Position numbers and translations under genes: made by a program
DNA from: a virus
Lineage: Duplodnaviria > Heunggongvirae > Uroviricota > Caudoviricetes
Reading direction: 5' to 3' (one strand)
IMG/VR virus record: IMGVR_UViG_2667527582_000007
DNA length: 64,000 nt
Notes under the pieces: model-generated
What the model was told of the DNA's origin: nothing
Database searches by the model: none
Seen by the model: the letters and a program-made list of their open reading frames with translations, nothing else
In this document: one piece after another, positions 10,761 through 20,718 of the stretch
Layout of the letters: the number at the start of each line of letters is the position of its first letter
Numbering within the stretch: the first letter of the stretch is position 1

Positions 10761-11278
10761 ATTCGTCGTGGCCTCGTCACCGTTAATCTGCGTGCCGGTG
10801 CCACCGTTGGTGATGGAACTGTCGCCTTCGTTATTGACGATGGCCTTGTCGCCGTCAATCTGGATACCGATGGACTCCGGATCGGTGACGGTCATGGTGC
10901 CCTTGTTATCCACCGTAGCGCTGTCGCCGGTGATATCAATACCGTGACCGCCGCCGCTGACATCCAGATCGCCGTCCTGAATCACCTTCCCGTTATTGCC
11001 AGCAATTTCCGTACCGGTGGAATCCTTGCCGTCAACGGTGGTTTTGCCGTTGTTGTTTGCCGTGGCGTCATCACCATTAATCTGGGTGCCGGTGCCGCCG
11101 TTGGTGATGGAACTGTCGTCTTCGTTGTTAACAACCGCCTTGTCACCGTCGATCTGGATACCCATGGACTCCGGATCGGTGACGGTCATGGTGCCCTTGT
11201 TATCCACCGTCGCACTGTCGCCGGTGATATCAATCCCGTGACCGCCGCCGCTGACATCCAGATCGCCGTCCTGAATCA
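10761..11278 (-). CDS. repetitive beta-solenoid adhesin-like passenger repeat, fragment
   Basis: Tandem ~96-aa units IQDGDLDVSGGGHGIDITGDSATVDNKGTMTVTDPES.GIQIDGDKAVVNNE.DSSITNGGTGTQINGDDATANNNGKTTVDGKDSTGTEI.GNNGKV; family not assigned. Confidence 0.4.
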
Positions 11279-11288
11279 NNNNNNNNNN

Positions 11289-11788
11289 GGCTGATTGTTC
11301 TGACGTTTTCGCCGCACCGGCACTGGTAGCTGCCACGCTTTTTGAGGACTCTGCAGCGGCAGCACTTTTTGAGGCTTCAGTGGCCTTTGTTGATGCCGTT
11401 CCTGCGCTGGAAGACGCTGACTGAGCCGACGAAGCGGCCTGTCCGGCTGACGTGCTGGCTGCACGTGCTGAGCCTGTAGCATCAGTCGCATGGGTTGCCG
11501 CCTCACGGGCTGATGTGCCGGCATCGCTGGCTGACTTCTTCGCGGCTGCCGTGTCCTGTGCCACTGCGGACGCGTTACGCGCCACCTCTTCCACCATCAG
11601 TTCAAAGCGGCGCAGTGCCTCCGGACGGGCATCATCCTCCGTCATGGCACCGAGAAAATCATTCAGCGTACCGGGTTGAGAATCTTCATACACGGTGATG
11701 GTCCCGGCATGTGACGGCGGGAATCCTTCCACCAACAGAATAACGCTGTACTGACCGTACTCAACGTCCATGCTGTAACGCCCGGCTT
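11289..11788 (-). CDS. stf: side tail fiber Stf, N-terminal-region fragment
   Basis: RYSMDVEYGQYSVILLVEGFPPSHAGTITVYEDSQPGTLNDFLGAMTEDDARPEALRRFELMVEEVARNASAVAQ then Ala/Ser-rich region, as in lambda Stf. Confidence 0.8.
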
Positions 11789-12358
11789 NNNNNNNNNNGA
11801 ATCCAGATTAAATATCTCATTGCTGATGCTTGATATTGAGCATCTTGCGCGCGGTAAGGGGCTGCGTTGAGATAAGAGCCAGTCATTACAAATACCAGGA
11901 TTTAGCCTCGTATTCGCGGGGCTTTTTATTGTCATTACAAAAGCCACTCCCTACAGAGTGGCTTTGATAATGGTTTATACCCTACACGGGATAACTTAAC
12001 TGATATCCCTTTTAACGGATAAAGGTATTCAAGCCTGACACATCATGCGCTGTATCGTCGCCGTATTCCCGTATTAACAGAGACCGTAGCCCGACGGGGA
12101 ACTCCTTCTGCGAGAGTGTGCGGGAATAATCAAAAACGATGCACACCGGGTTTTTACCGCGTTTATGGTTCGCGGGTTTGTCCCTCATGCTCGCCAGTCC
12201 TGTGCGGGGGTGGAAGAAACAGGACACTTACACAGATTCTTGTGGGCACGATGCTATGCCTTTCTGGATTATCCCGATGCCATTCATGCAAGGCGTTGTA
12301 TCAGACGTTCGTCAGAGCTGTCAGGCTGACGGGTCCTCCCGGTGGGGTGGCCTGCCAC

Positions 12359-12370
12359 GGGGCGGGAGCG
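12359..12370 (+). other. cosN-like site, variant sequence
   Basis: gggcgggagcgt followed by cgcgggttttcgctatttatgaaaattttccggtttaaggcg (cosB-like); differs from canonical GGGCGGCGACCT. Confidence 0.45.
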
Positions 12371-12548
12371 TCGCGGGTTTTCGCTATTTATGAAAATTTT
12401 CCGGTTTAAGGCGTTTCCGTTCTTCTTCGCCGTAACTTACTGTTTTTATTTAAAACACCCCCTGAAAAGAAAGGAAACGACAGGTGCTGAAAACAGGCCT
12501 TTTGGCCTCTGTCGTTTCCTTTCTCTGTTTTTGTCCGTGGAATGAACA

Positions 12549-12598
12549 ATGGAAGTCAACAAAAAGCAGCTGGCTGACATTTTCGGTGCGAGTATCCG
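12549..12598 (+). CDS. Nu1: terminase small subunit Nu1, N-terminus (truncated by gap)
   Basis: atggaagtcaacaaaaagcagctggctgacattttcggtgcgagtatccg = MEVNKKQLADIFGASI. Confidence 0.8.
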
Positions 12599-12608
12599 NN
12601 NNNNNNNN

Positions 12609-12792
12609 CGATGTTGGTATTCCCCTCACTGTCCAGCACCGGCGTACTGTTCAGCAGTACGCTTTTTAATCCATCCACCGGACCTTCAATCGGCCCTTCA
12701 CTGATGGCGTCTATCACGCTCAGCATCTGGGATGATTTCAGGTTGTCCTTCGCTTCGCGCGGGGTATGCCCCTTACTGCTGCCTTTACCCAT
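12609..12792 (-). CDS. J: J protein N-terminus (truncated by gap)
   Basis: MGKGSSKGHTPREAKDNLKSSQMLSVIDAISEGPIEGPVDGLKSVLLNSTPVLDSEGNTNI. Confidence 0.8.
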
Positions 12793-12852
12793 TCGTCACG
12801 CTCCATAAACGACAAAACCGCCCGCAGGCGGTTTCACATAAAATGTTTTGCA

Positions 12853-13385
12853 TCAGCGACCAATCACCACAACCTGACCACCGTCCCCTTCGTCTGCCGT
12901 GCTGATTTCCTGAGATACCACCCGCGACCCCACGCGCATTTCACCGTACAGAACGGGCAGAACATTGCCCTGGGCAACCATGTTATCCAGTGACGAGAAA
13001 TAGGTGTTCTGTTTGCCGTTATCTGTACTTGCTGCCGTGGGCGTCCTGGCTTTCGGTGCCAGCATCTGCGCCACTCCGCCCAGGATCATACTGGCCCCTG
13101 CCGCATACATGCCCGATACAGCCGCGGCACCCAGCCAGCCCACAGGGTTCCACCATGCCACCGCAATCAGCGCCGCCCCCAGCACCACCTGAAACACACC
13201 GCCACTTTTAGCTCCCGCCAGACGCGGCACGATGTGGATCACGGCACCATTTGCCAGCGGCTCATTAAGACGGGCAGACAATTCGGTTTCACCTGCATCA
13301 CGCCCGGCAATGCGTACCTGGTACCAGCCGTCGCTCAGTTTCTGACGAAACGCCGGGTTCTGCATGGCCAGCGCCCGGATGGCTT
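12853..13385 (-). CDS. I: tail assembly protein I, C-terminal part
   Basis: AIRALAMQNPAFRQKLSDGWYQVRIAGRD...EGDGGQVVVIGR; ~60-nt stem-loop spacer then J start, as in lambda. Confidence 0.85.
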
Positions 13386-13395
13386 NNNNNNNNNN

Positions 13396-13932
13396 TATAT
13401 TGAACGGGCGCGGCGGCAGGTTATCCACCACCACCGAGGCCAGATACTGCGAGGTGGTTTTGCCCTTAATGGTGATGTCTTTTTCCGTCACCCAGCCACC
13501 ATTACGCTGTATCTGAACCAGCAGGCGGACTTCCGACGGATTCCGGTCCCCCTTTGAGGTGGTTTCCACCAGTGCCTGTACACCGAAGGTAAAGCGCAGA
13601 CGGTCGATGTTTGCAGACGTAATGGCCCGGGTGATCGGCGTGTCATATTTCACTTCCGTACCCAGCACCGTCTCGGAGCCGGAGGATTCAAATCCCTCCG
13701 GCGGTGACTGCTCCTGCTCACCGGTCCGGAACACCACCGTGACGCCGGATATATTGGTATTCCCCTCACTGTCCAGCACCGGCGTACTGTTCAGCAGCAC
13801 GCTTTTTAATCCGTCCACCGGACCTTCAACCGGCCCTTCGCTGATGGCATCGATCACACTCAGCAGCTGCGTGGACTTCAGGTTGTCCTTCGCTTCGCGC
13901 GGGGTATGCCCCTTACTGCTGCCTTTACCCAT
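13396..13932 (-). CDS. J: J protein N-terminal fragment
   Basis: MGKGSSKGHTPREAKDNLKSTQLLSVIDAISEGPVEGPVDGLKSVLLNSTPVLDSEGNTNISGVTVVFRTGEQEQSPPEGFESSGSETVLGTEVKYDTPITRAITSANIDRLRF... Confidence 0.85.
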
Positions 13933-13950
13933 TCCTCACGNNNNNNNNNN

Positions 13951-14552
13951 TGTCAGCTCAATCCGAGACGGCGCTGCCGGTGCGGCAATCCGGAACGATA
14001 CCGATGCCGGATCGCCCTGCTGTCCCCACGCATTTACCGCCCGGACAGTCAGCCTGTAGTTCCCCAGCGCCAGCTGCGTGAAGCGGTATGTGGTTTCCGT
14101 CGTCCGGGCCGTGCTGACCAGCCGCTCACTGCCATCGTCCGCTGCCACGGTCAGGCGAAGCAGGAAGCTCACCCCCTTCACCACCTTCGGCGTGTCCCAG
14201 CGCGCCAGCACCTGATATTCCCCGCTGTCTGCGGTGACTTCGACAGTCAGGTGCTGCACCGCGGGCGGCGTGACGCCATTCACCGTGCCGCTCAAGTCGC
14301 CGTCAAAGTGCGCCCCGTTATCCACGATGGCTTCTTTTTCGGGTACATGCTGCACGGCGGTGATGGCATACGTGCCGTCGTCGTTCTCACGGATACTCAC
14401 GCAGCGGAACAGGCGCTGGCGCAACGTCGGCAACTTCAGCCCCCACACGCTGTACTCGGCAACGCCGTCAGGAACACGGCTCACTTTTACCTTCACGCCG
14501 TCGGTGACGGACTGGACCTCCACGCTGACCGGATTGCCACTTCCGTCAACCA
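13951..14552 (-). CDS. J: J protein central fragment
   Basis: [63 protein letters not shown]... Confidence 0.8.
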
Positions 14553-14562
14553 NNNNNNNNNN

Positions 14563-14939
14563 TCCCTCCAGCGTGTTTTATCTCTGCGAACATAATGCCT
14601 GCGTCATCCGCCAGCAGGAGCTGGACTTCACTGATGCCCGTTATATCTGCGAAAAGACCGGGATCTGGACCCGTGATGGCATTCTCTGGTTTTCGTCATC
14701 CGGTGAAGAGATTGAACCGCCTGACAGCGTGACCTTTCACATCTGGACGGCGTACAGCCCGTTCACCACCTGGGTGCAGATTGTCAAAGACTGGATGAAG
14801 ACGAAAGGGGATACGGGAAAACGTAAAACCTTCGTGAACACCACGCTCGGTGAGACGTGGGAAGCGAAAATCGGCGAACGTCCGGATGCTGAAGTGATGG
14901 CAGAGCGGAAAGAGCATTATTCAGCGCCCGTTCCTGACC
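14563..14939 (+). CDS. A: terminase large subunit A, internal fragment
   Basis: PSSVFYLCEHNACVIRQQELDFTDARYICEKTGIWTRDGILWFSSSGEEIEPPDSVTFHIWTAY...AEVMAERKEHYSAPVPD. Confidence 0.8.
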
Positions 14940-14949
14940 NNNNNNNNNN

Positions 14950-15944
14950 TCTGACCGGCAAACTTATCCGCAGCGAGGATGAGGGGCTGGTCACCCACTG
15001 GCACTATGACGAAGCAGACCGCCTCACGCACCGCACCGTGAATGGCGAAACCGCAGAGCGGTGGCGGTATGACGAACGCGGCTGGCTGACAGACACCAGC
15101 CATATCAGCGAAGGGCACCGGGTGGCGGTGTATTACGGATATGATGAGAAAGGCCGGCTGACCGGTGAGCGTCAGACGGTGCATCATCCGCAGACGAATG
15201 AACTGCTCTGGCAGCATGAGACCAGACATGCGTACAACGCACAGGGACTGGCGAACCGCTGTATACCGGACAGCCTGCCCGCCGTGGAATGGCTGACCTA
15301 CGGCAGCGGCTGGCTGGCAGGCATGAAGCTCGGCGACACACCGCTGGTGGATTTCACCCGCGACCGCCTGCACCGGGAAACGCTGCGCAGCTTCGGTCGT
15401 TATGAACTCACCACCGCTTACACCCCTGCCGGGCAGTTACAGCGTCAGCACCTGAACAGCCTGCAGTATGACCGCGATTACACCTGGAACGACAACGGCG
15501 AACTCATCCGCATCAGCAGCCCGCGCCAGACCCGGAGTTACAGCTACAGCACCACCGGCAGGCTGACCGGCGTTCACACCACCGCAGCGAATCTGGATAT
15601 CCGCATCCCGTATGCCACGGACCCGGCGGGCAACCGCCTGCCCGACCCGGAGCTGCACCCGGACAGCACCCTCAGCATGTGGCCGGATAACCGTATCGCC
15701 CGTGACGCGCACTATCTTTACCGGTATGACCGTCACGGCAGGCTGACGGAGAAAACCGACCTCATCCCGGAAGGGGTTATCCGCACGGATGATGAGCGCA
15801 CCCACCGGTACCATTACGACAGTCAGCACCGGCTGGTGCACTACACGCGGACACAATATGCAGAGCCGCTGGTCGAAAGCCGCTATCTTTACGACCCGCT
15901 GGGCCGCAGGGTGGCAAAACGGGTATGGCGACGTGAACGGGACC
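14950..15944 (+). CDS. rhs: Rhs core (YD-repeat) fragment
   Basis: [48 protein letters not shown]...[20 protein letters not shown]; YD repeats. Confidence 0.85.
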
Positions 15945-15954
15945 NNNNNNNNNN

Positions 15955-16184
15955 CGACCAGAGCGGAACGGTAAACGGTGTCACGCCGCCAGCGGTGCAG
16001 CACCTGACCGCAGAAGTCACCGCAGACAGCGGGGAATACCAGGTGCTGGCGCGCTGGGACACGCCGAAGGTGGTGAAGGGCGTGAGTTTCCTGCTTCGCC
16101 TGACCGTGGCAGCGGATGACGGCAGTGAGCGGCTGGTCAGCACGGCCCGGACGACGGAAACCACATACCGCTTCACGCAGCTGG
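15955..16184 (+). CDS. J: J protein fragment
   Basis: [76 protein letters not shown]. Confidence 0.75.
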
Positions 16185-16194
16185 NNNNNNNNNN

Positions 16195-16366
16195 ACCCGG
16201 AACTCTTCCCGCTCAAGCGCGGCCATATGCAGTCGCAGCCATTCACGTACGGCGTGGGTAGAGGTGAAGGCTACGCCGGGCTCATGCAGGTGGCGGTCCA
16301 GAGCCCTGAGCGCCCGCTGAATGAGACGCCGGTCCTGTGGCGTCATCTCGCCGGGTAAAAAGGAAA
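16195..16366 (-). CDS. RadC-like protein, N-terminal fragment
   Basis: MTPQDRRLIQRALRALDRHLHEPGVAFTSTHAVREWLRLHMAALEREEFR. Confidence 0.7.
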
Positions 16367-16376
16367 NNNNNNNNNN

Positions 16377-16548
16377 CCTGGGTAGCCGAAACTCCACTTC
16401 AGTTCTGGCATAAACTCAAAGTTCATCCCGTAGCTGGAGGCAACCAGCGTTGGCGGCAGGAACACGACGGATACCACCGAGAAAATTTTGATGATGCGGT
16501 TCTGCTCGATGTTGATAAAACCCATTGCCGCCTGCATCAGGAAGTTCA
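16377..16548 (-). CDS. corA: CorA-like C-terminal fragment (second, nucleotide-divergent copy)
   Basis: Encodes ...[52 protein letters not shown], identical in protein to 40961-41131 but ~7% different in nucleotides. Confidence 0.7.
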
Positions 16549-16591
16549 NNNNNNNNNNCAGTCATCTTACTTTTTTTGATATCGCCTCGTT

Positions 16592-16678
16592 TGGTGCGAG
16601 GGGGGGGACTTGAACCCCCACGTCCGTAAGAACACTAACACCTGAAGCTAGCGCGTCTACCAATTCCGCCACCTTCGC
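16592..16678 (-). tRNA. tRNA-Leu (CAG)
   Basis: Reverse complement GCGAAGGTGGCGGAATTGGTAGACGCGCTAGCTTCAGGTGTTAGTGT...GGGGGTTCAAGTCCCCCCCCTCGCACCA, 87 nt. Confidence 0.9.
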
Positions 16679-16707
16679 CCAGTGCGAGCAATATCAACGT
16701 GGTTTTT

Positions 16708-16768
16708 GGTGCGAGGGGGGGGACTTGAACCCCCACGTCCGTAAGGACACTAACACCTGAAGCTAGCG
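16708..16768 (-). tRNA. tRNA-Leu (CAG), second tandem copy, truncated by gap
   Basis: Same sequence as 16592-16678 up to the gap. Confidence 0.8.
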
Positions 16769-16778
16769 CNNNNNNNNN

Positions 16779-17183
16779 NTGCAGATTTTTGTGACGCTGC
16801 AGCATTCGTTTCTGACGTTTTCGCCGCACCGGCACTGGTAGCCGCCGCGCTTTTTGAGGACTCTGCAGCGGCAGCACTTTTTGATGCTTCAGTAGCCTTT
16901 GTTGATGCCGTTCCTGCGCTGGAAGACGCTGACTGAGCCGACGTCGCGGCCTGCCCGGCTGATGTGCTGGCTGCACGTGCTGAGCCTGCAGCATCAGTCG
17001 CATGGGTTGCCGCCTCACGGGCTGATGTGCCGGCATCACTGGCTGACTTCTTCGCGGCTGCCGTGTTCTGTGCCACTGCGGACGCGTTACGCGCCACCTC
17101 TTCCACCATCAGTTCAAAACGGCGCAGTGCCTCCGGACGGGCATCATCCTCCGTCATGGCACCGAGAAAATCATTCAGCGTAC
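16779..17183 (-). CDS. stf: side tail fiber Stf, N-terminal-region fragment
   Basis: TLNDFLGAMTEDDARPEALRRFELMVEEVARNASAVAQNTAAAKKSASDAG... Confidence 0.75.
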
Positions 17184-17193
17184 NNNNNNNNNN

Positions 17194-17261
17194 ACCCCCG
17201 GTAGAGTTGCCCCTACTCCGGTTTTCGAGACCGGTCCGTTCAGCCGCTCCGGCATCTCTCC
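17194..17261 (-). tRNA. serU: tRNA-Ser (CGA), 3' end lost in gap
   Basis: Reverse complement ...GGAGAGATGCCGGAGCGGCTGAACGGACCGGTCTCGAAAACCGGAGTAGGGGCAACTCTACCGGGGGT. Confidence 0.85.
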
Positions 17262-17354
17262 GTTCAGATGGTTGCCATGATGCCAGGAAATTTGGCATTT
17301 TAACAGTCCCTGTCCGTGCAATTTTGTTCAAGTGACGAGTTTGCGAGCAAAACG

Positions 17355-18152
17355 ATGATTAAGTGGCCCTGGAAAGTACAAGAATCAGCACATCAAACTG
17401 CCCTTCCCTGGCAGGAAGCACTATCGATCCCCCTTTTAACGTGTCTGACGGAACAGGAACAAAGCAAATTAGTCACTCTTGCCGAACGTTTTTTACAGCA
17501 AAAGCGGCTTGTTCCTTTACAGGGCTTTGAACTGGATTCATTAAGAAGCTGCCGGATAGCACTTCTATTTTGCCTACCCGTTCTGGAGTTAGGACTGGAA
17601 TGGCTGGATGGTTTTCATGAAGTCTTAATTTATCCTGCGCCATTTGTGGTCGATGATGAATGGGAAGACGATATCGGTCTGGTGCATAACCAACGTATTG
17701 TTCAGTCAGGTCAGAGCTGGCAGCAAGGGCCTATCGTTTTGAACTGGTTGGATATACAAGATTCTTTTGATGCTTCTGGTTTTAACCTGATTATTCATGA
17801 AGTCGCTCATAAGCTGGACACCCGTAACGGCGATCGCGCCAGCGGAGTTCCCTTTATTCCGTTGCGTGAGGTTGCTGGCTGGGAACACGATCTTCATGCT
17901 GCAATGAACAACATTCAGGAAGAAATCGAATTGGTTGGCGAGAATGCGGCGAGCATTGATGCTTATGCAGCCAGCGATCCTGCTGAATGTTTTGCCGTAC
18001 TTTCTGAATATTTCTTTAGCGCCCCAGAACTTTTTGCTCCTCGTTTCCCTTCATTGTGGCAACGTTTCTGCCAATTTTATCAACAAGATCCTTTGCAGAG
18101 ACTGCATCACGCTAATGATACAGACTCGTTTTCGGCGACGAATGTTCATTAA
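17355..18152 (+). CDS. mtfA: MtfA (Mlc titration factor A)
   Basis: [61 protein letters not shown]...; full length. Confidence 0.9.
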   Translation: MIKWPWKVQESAHQTALPWQEALSIPLLTCLTEQEQSKLVTLAERFLQQKRLVPLQGFELDSLRSCRIALLFCLPVLELGLEWLDGFHEVLIYPAPFVVDDEWEDDIGLVHNQRIVQSGQSWQQGPIVLNWLDIQDSFDASGFNLIIHEVAHKLDTRNGDRASGVPFIPLREVAGWEHDLHAAMNNIQEEIELVGENAASIDAYAASDPAECFAVLSEYFFSAPELFAPRFPSLWQRFCQFYQQDPLQRLHHANDTDSFSATNVH

Positions 18153-18252
18153 TTAACAACTTTGCAGATTAATTAACCAATTGAAATGACTTATGAAATT
18201 TAGTGTTGACAGACAAGGTACCGCTAAGTAATATTCGCCCCGTTCACACGAT

Positions 18253-18328
18253 TCCTCTGTAGTTCAGTCGGTAGAACGGCGGACTGTTAATCCGTATGTC
18301 ACTGGTTCGAGTCCAGTCAGAGGAGCCA
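18253..18328 (+). tRNA. tRNA-Asn (GUU)
   Basis: TCCTCTGTAGTTCAGTCGGTAGAACGGCGGACTGTTAATCCGTATGTCACTGGTTCGAGTCCAGTCAGAGGAGCCA. Confidence 0.95.
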
Positions 18329-18334
18329 AATTCC

Positions 18335-18362
18335 TGAAAAGCCCGCTTTTATAGCGGGATTT
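18335..18362 (+). terminator. rho-independent terminator after tRNA-Asn
   Basis: aaaagcccgcttttatagcgggatttttgc. Confidence 0.5.
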
Positions 18363-18365
18363 TTG

Positions 18366-19316
18366 CTATATCTGATAATCAATTTCCTCTTCACTGCTTT
18401 CCATCACCTGCCGCTTGATATCCTCAACTGACAGTCCTGCATTACAAAGTTCCAGAAAGCGCCAGACATAGTTACGCTGAAGTTGTCCTCGCTTCAGTCC
18501 CAACCAGACAGTATTAGCATCAAAAAGATGCCGCGTATCCAGGCGGATTAAATTCTCTTCCTCTTGTTCGCCACTGGATTGCTCGGCAACTAATCCGATC
18601 CCAAGCCCAAGAGCAACATAGGTTTTAATGACATCAGAATCCTGCGCACTTAATACAATATCTGCCAGCAAACCTTTGCGGGCAAATGCGTCATCAATAC
18701 GTGAGCGCCCCGTAATCCCCTGTCGGTAAGTGATTAACGGCCACTTCGCTATTGATTCCAGCGTCAATGGTGAAATTTGCGTCAAGGGATGATCGTGTGG
18801 AACAAGCAAACTATGGTGCCAACGAAACCACGGGAAGGCGACGAGCTGCGGGTCATTACTCAAACGCTCGCTGGCGATACCAATATCAGCTTCGCCATTT
18901 TGCAACAATGTCGCAATTTCCTGTGGCGTCCCCTGGATTAGCTCGAGCCGAACCTCCGGGAAAAGTTCGCGAAAAGCTTTAATGACCTCTGGCAAGCTAT
19001 AACGTGCCTGAGTATGCGTCGTTGCAATAGTGAGAACGCCAGACGTATCGTTGGTAAACAGGTCTGCAAGCCGACGAACATTACTGGCTTCATTCAGAAT
19101 ACGTTCTGCAATGACCAGTAATGCTTTGCCCGGTTCAGTCATGCCCAGCAGTCGCTTACCTCGTCGAACAAATATTTCGATGCCAAGTTCATCCTCCAGT
19201 TCCCGAATATGACGGCTGACGCCTGACTGTGAGGTAAAAAGCATATTCGCAACCTCTGTCAGGTTGTAATCCTGACGTGCAGCCTCGCGGATTATCTTTA
19301 GTTGTTGGAAATTCAC
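18366..19316 (-). CDS. cbl: LysR-type regulator Cbl
   Basis: MNFQQLKIIREAARQDYNLTEVANMLFTSQSGVSRHIRELEDELGIEIFVRRGKRLLGMTEPG... 316 aa. Confidence 0.9.
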   Translation of the reverse strand: MNFQQLKIIREAARQDYNLTEVANMLFTSQSGVSRHIRELEDELGIEIFVRRGKRLLGMTEPGKALLVIAERILNEASNVRRLADLFTNDTSGVLTIATTHTQARYSLPEVIKAFRELFPEVRLELIQGTPQEIATLLQNGEADIGIASERLSNDPQLVAFPWFRWHHSLLVPHDHPLTQISPLTLESIAKWPLITYRQGITGRSRIDDAFARKGLLADIVLSAQDSDVIKTYVALGLGIGLVAEQSSGEQEEENLIRLDTRHLFDANTVWLGLKRGQLQRNYVWRFLELCNAGLSVEDIKRQVMESSEEEIDYQI

Positions 19317-19417
19317 GGTAAACTCCGGGCAGTTCAGATTTCCCGTTATTGTTAAAGTCTAATGCCCGGCATAACAAATAATAAAAACCCGCATCTTATT
19401 CCATCCCGATATAACAC

Positions 19418-20335
19418 TTAGCTCACCAATTGCCACTGCCTTTTTTCCATCACTGGAGAACTAATCACTGACATTAACAACTCTTTCACTGCCTGTGCCT
19501 GTGGCGATAAGTTCGCTCTGGCGGGTAAATTTAATGACAAAGAGAGACTCATGGAAGGAGTGGTAATGCGTGACATCCACCCATTTACTGCGCCACATAA
19601 CGAACGCGCGGCCGATTCGGGTAATACTGCAACGCCCATGCCGCTGGCAATCGCTGCGGTAAGCGTGGCAATAGACTCAATTTCACCAATAACTTTTGCC
19701 GTGAGTCGCCGTAGGGAAAAAGCCTCATCAACACGAAGTCTAATAGCACTGTAATCACTGGGGAGAAAGAGGTTCATTTGCGCAATAGCATTCACATTAA
19801 CGCTTTGCCCCGGGCAATCTTGAGTTCCTACCAGAAAAAGATCTTCTTTCAGCAAAGCCTGACTGGATACACCAGCCACAGGGGAATGCTCATAAATCAC
19901 CGCCATATCGAGTTGGTGATTTATCAATTTTTCGTTAAGCACTGCACCACTATTTTCATGAAGATAGATAACGATCTCCGGAAATTCAGCGCGAACCGCC
20001 TGTAATAAGGGCATGGTGATGGATGACGCAGCGGTTCCTGGTGCAAAGCCAATCGAGACTTGCCCCGATAATGCCTGACCAACGTTATGCACCGCCAGTT
20101 GGGCCTGTTCACACTGACGTAAAATGGCCCGCGCATGGGTATAGAGAATTTTTCCGGCGTCTGTTGGTGTAACGCCCCGCTTTGTACGGATCAAAAGTTG
20201 TTGATTTAACTCACCTTCCAGTGTGGCAACCTGCTGGCTGAGCGCTGGTTGTGCGATATGCAATACTTCAGCAGCCTGGGTCAGGCTACCAATATCTACA
20301 ATTTTTACGAAGTATTTCAGGCGTCTGAAGTTCAT
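19418..20335 (-). CDS. nac: LysR-type nitrogen assimilation control protein Nac
   Basis: MNFRRLKYFVKIVDIGSLTQAAEVLHIAQPALSQQVATLEGELNQQLLIRTKRGVTPTDAGKILY... 305 aa. Confidence 0.9.
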   Translation of the reverse strand: MNFRRLKYFVKIVDIGSLTQAAEVLHIAQPALSQQVATLEGELNQQLLIRTKRGVTPTDAGKILYTHARAILRQCEQAQLAVHNVGQALSGQVSIGFAPGTAASSITMPLLQAVRAEFPEIVIYLHENSGAVLNEKLINHQLDMAVIYEHSPVAGVSSQALLKEDLFLVGTQDCPGQSVNVNAIAQMNLFLPSDYSAIRLRVDEAFSLRRLTAKVIGEIESIATLTAAIASGMGVAVLPESAARSLCGAVNGWMSRITTPSMSLSLSLNLPARANLSPQAQAVKELLMSVISSPVMEKRQWQLVS

Positions 20336-20661
20336 GTTGCCTCCGGTTTTTAAGAATCGGCCCAAGTGCCGCCATTACTTACAACCAGATTGCAAGATGC
20401 TTGCCAGTTTTATTTTGGTGTTGATGTACAAGCTAACCAACTGTCAAATAAGAGATTATGATAGATTCGTCATTTGCTCCTTTAATCAGCTGTCGCGTTC
20501 CCCTGCCCTATAAAAGGAGGGTATGCACCACGATGGTTCATTACCCAATAAGATTGAAAGCTCACCACTTTGTTGAAATTGACAGCAAACAAACAAAAAA
20601 ATGCATTTCACCCTTTGACATCACCATGCACTGCCATTAATATGCGCCCCGTTCACACGAT

Positions 20662-20708
20662 TCCTCTGTAGTTCAGTCGGTAGAACGGCGGACTGTTAAT
20701 CCGTATGT
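20662..20708 (+). tRNA. tRNA-Asn (GUU), truncated by gap
   Basis: tcctctgtagttcagtcggtagaacggcggactgttaatccgtatgt. Confidence 0.85.
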
Positions 20709-20718
20709 NNNNNNNNNN

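Noticed and set aside
10761-11788. Single autotransporter-Stf fusion protein suggested by ORF 10710-11771
   Set aside because: The adhesin-like repeats and the Stf N-terminus are separated by an N gap and are unrelated genes; I also rejected calling the repeats Ag43 because the unit does not match it.
12012-12409. Small ORFs (71-97 aa) just upstream of the variant cos site
   Set aside because: No RBS or conserved motifs; the region is more plausibly the noncoding cos-proximal right end of the prophage.
14921-16246. ORFs of 150 and 269 aa antisense to the Rhs core and J fragments
   Set aside because: GC-rich antisense frames without RBS or recognisable domains; the sense-strand Rhs and J assignments explain the DNA.
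14234-16261. 675-aa plus-strand ORF that looks like a large multidomain protein
   Set aside because: Chimera created by frame continuity across five N gaps; it joins J, terminase A, Rhs core and J fragments that are separate genes.
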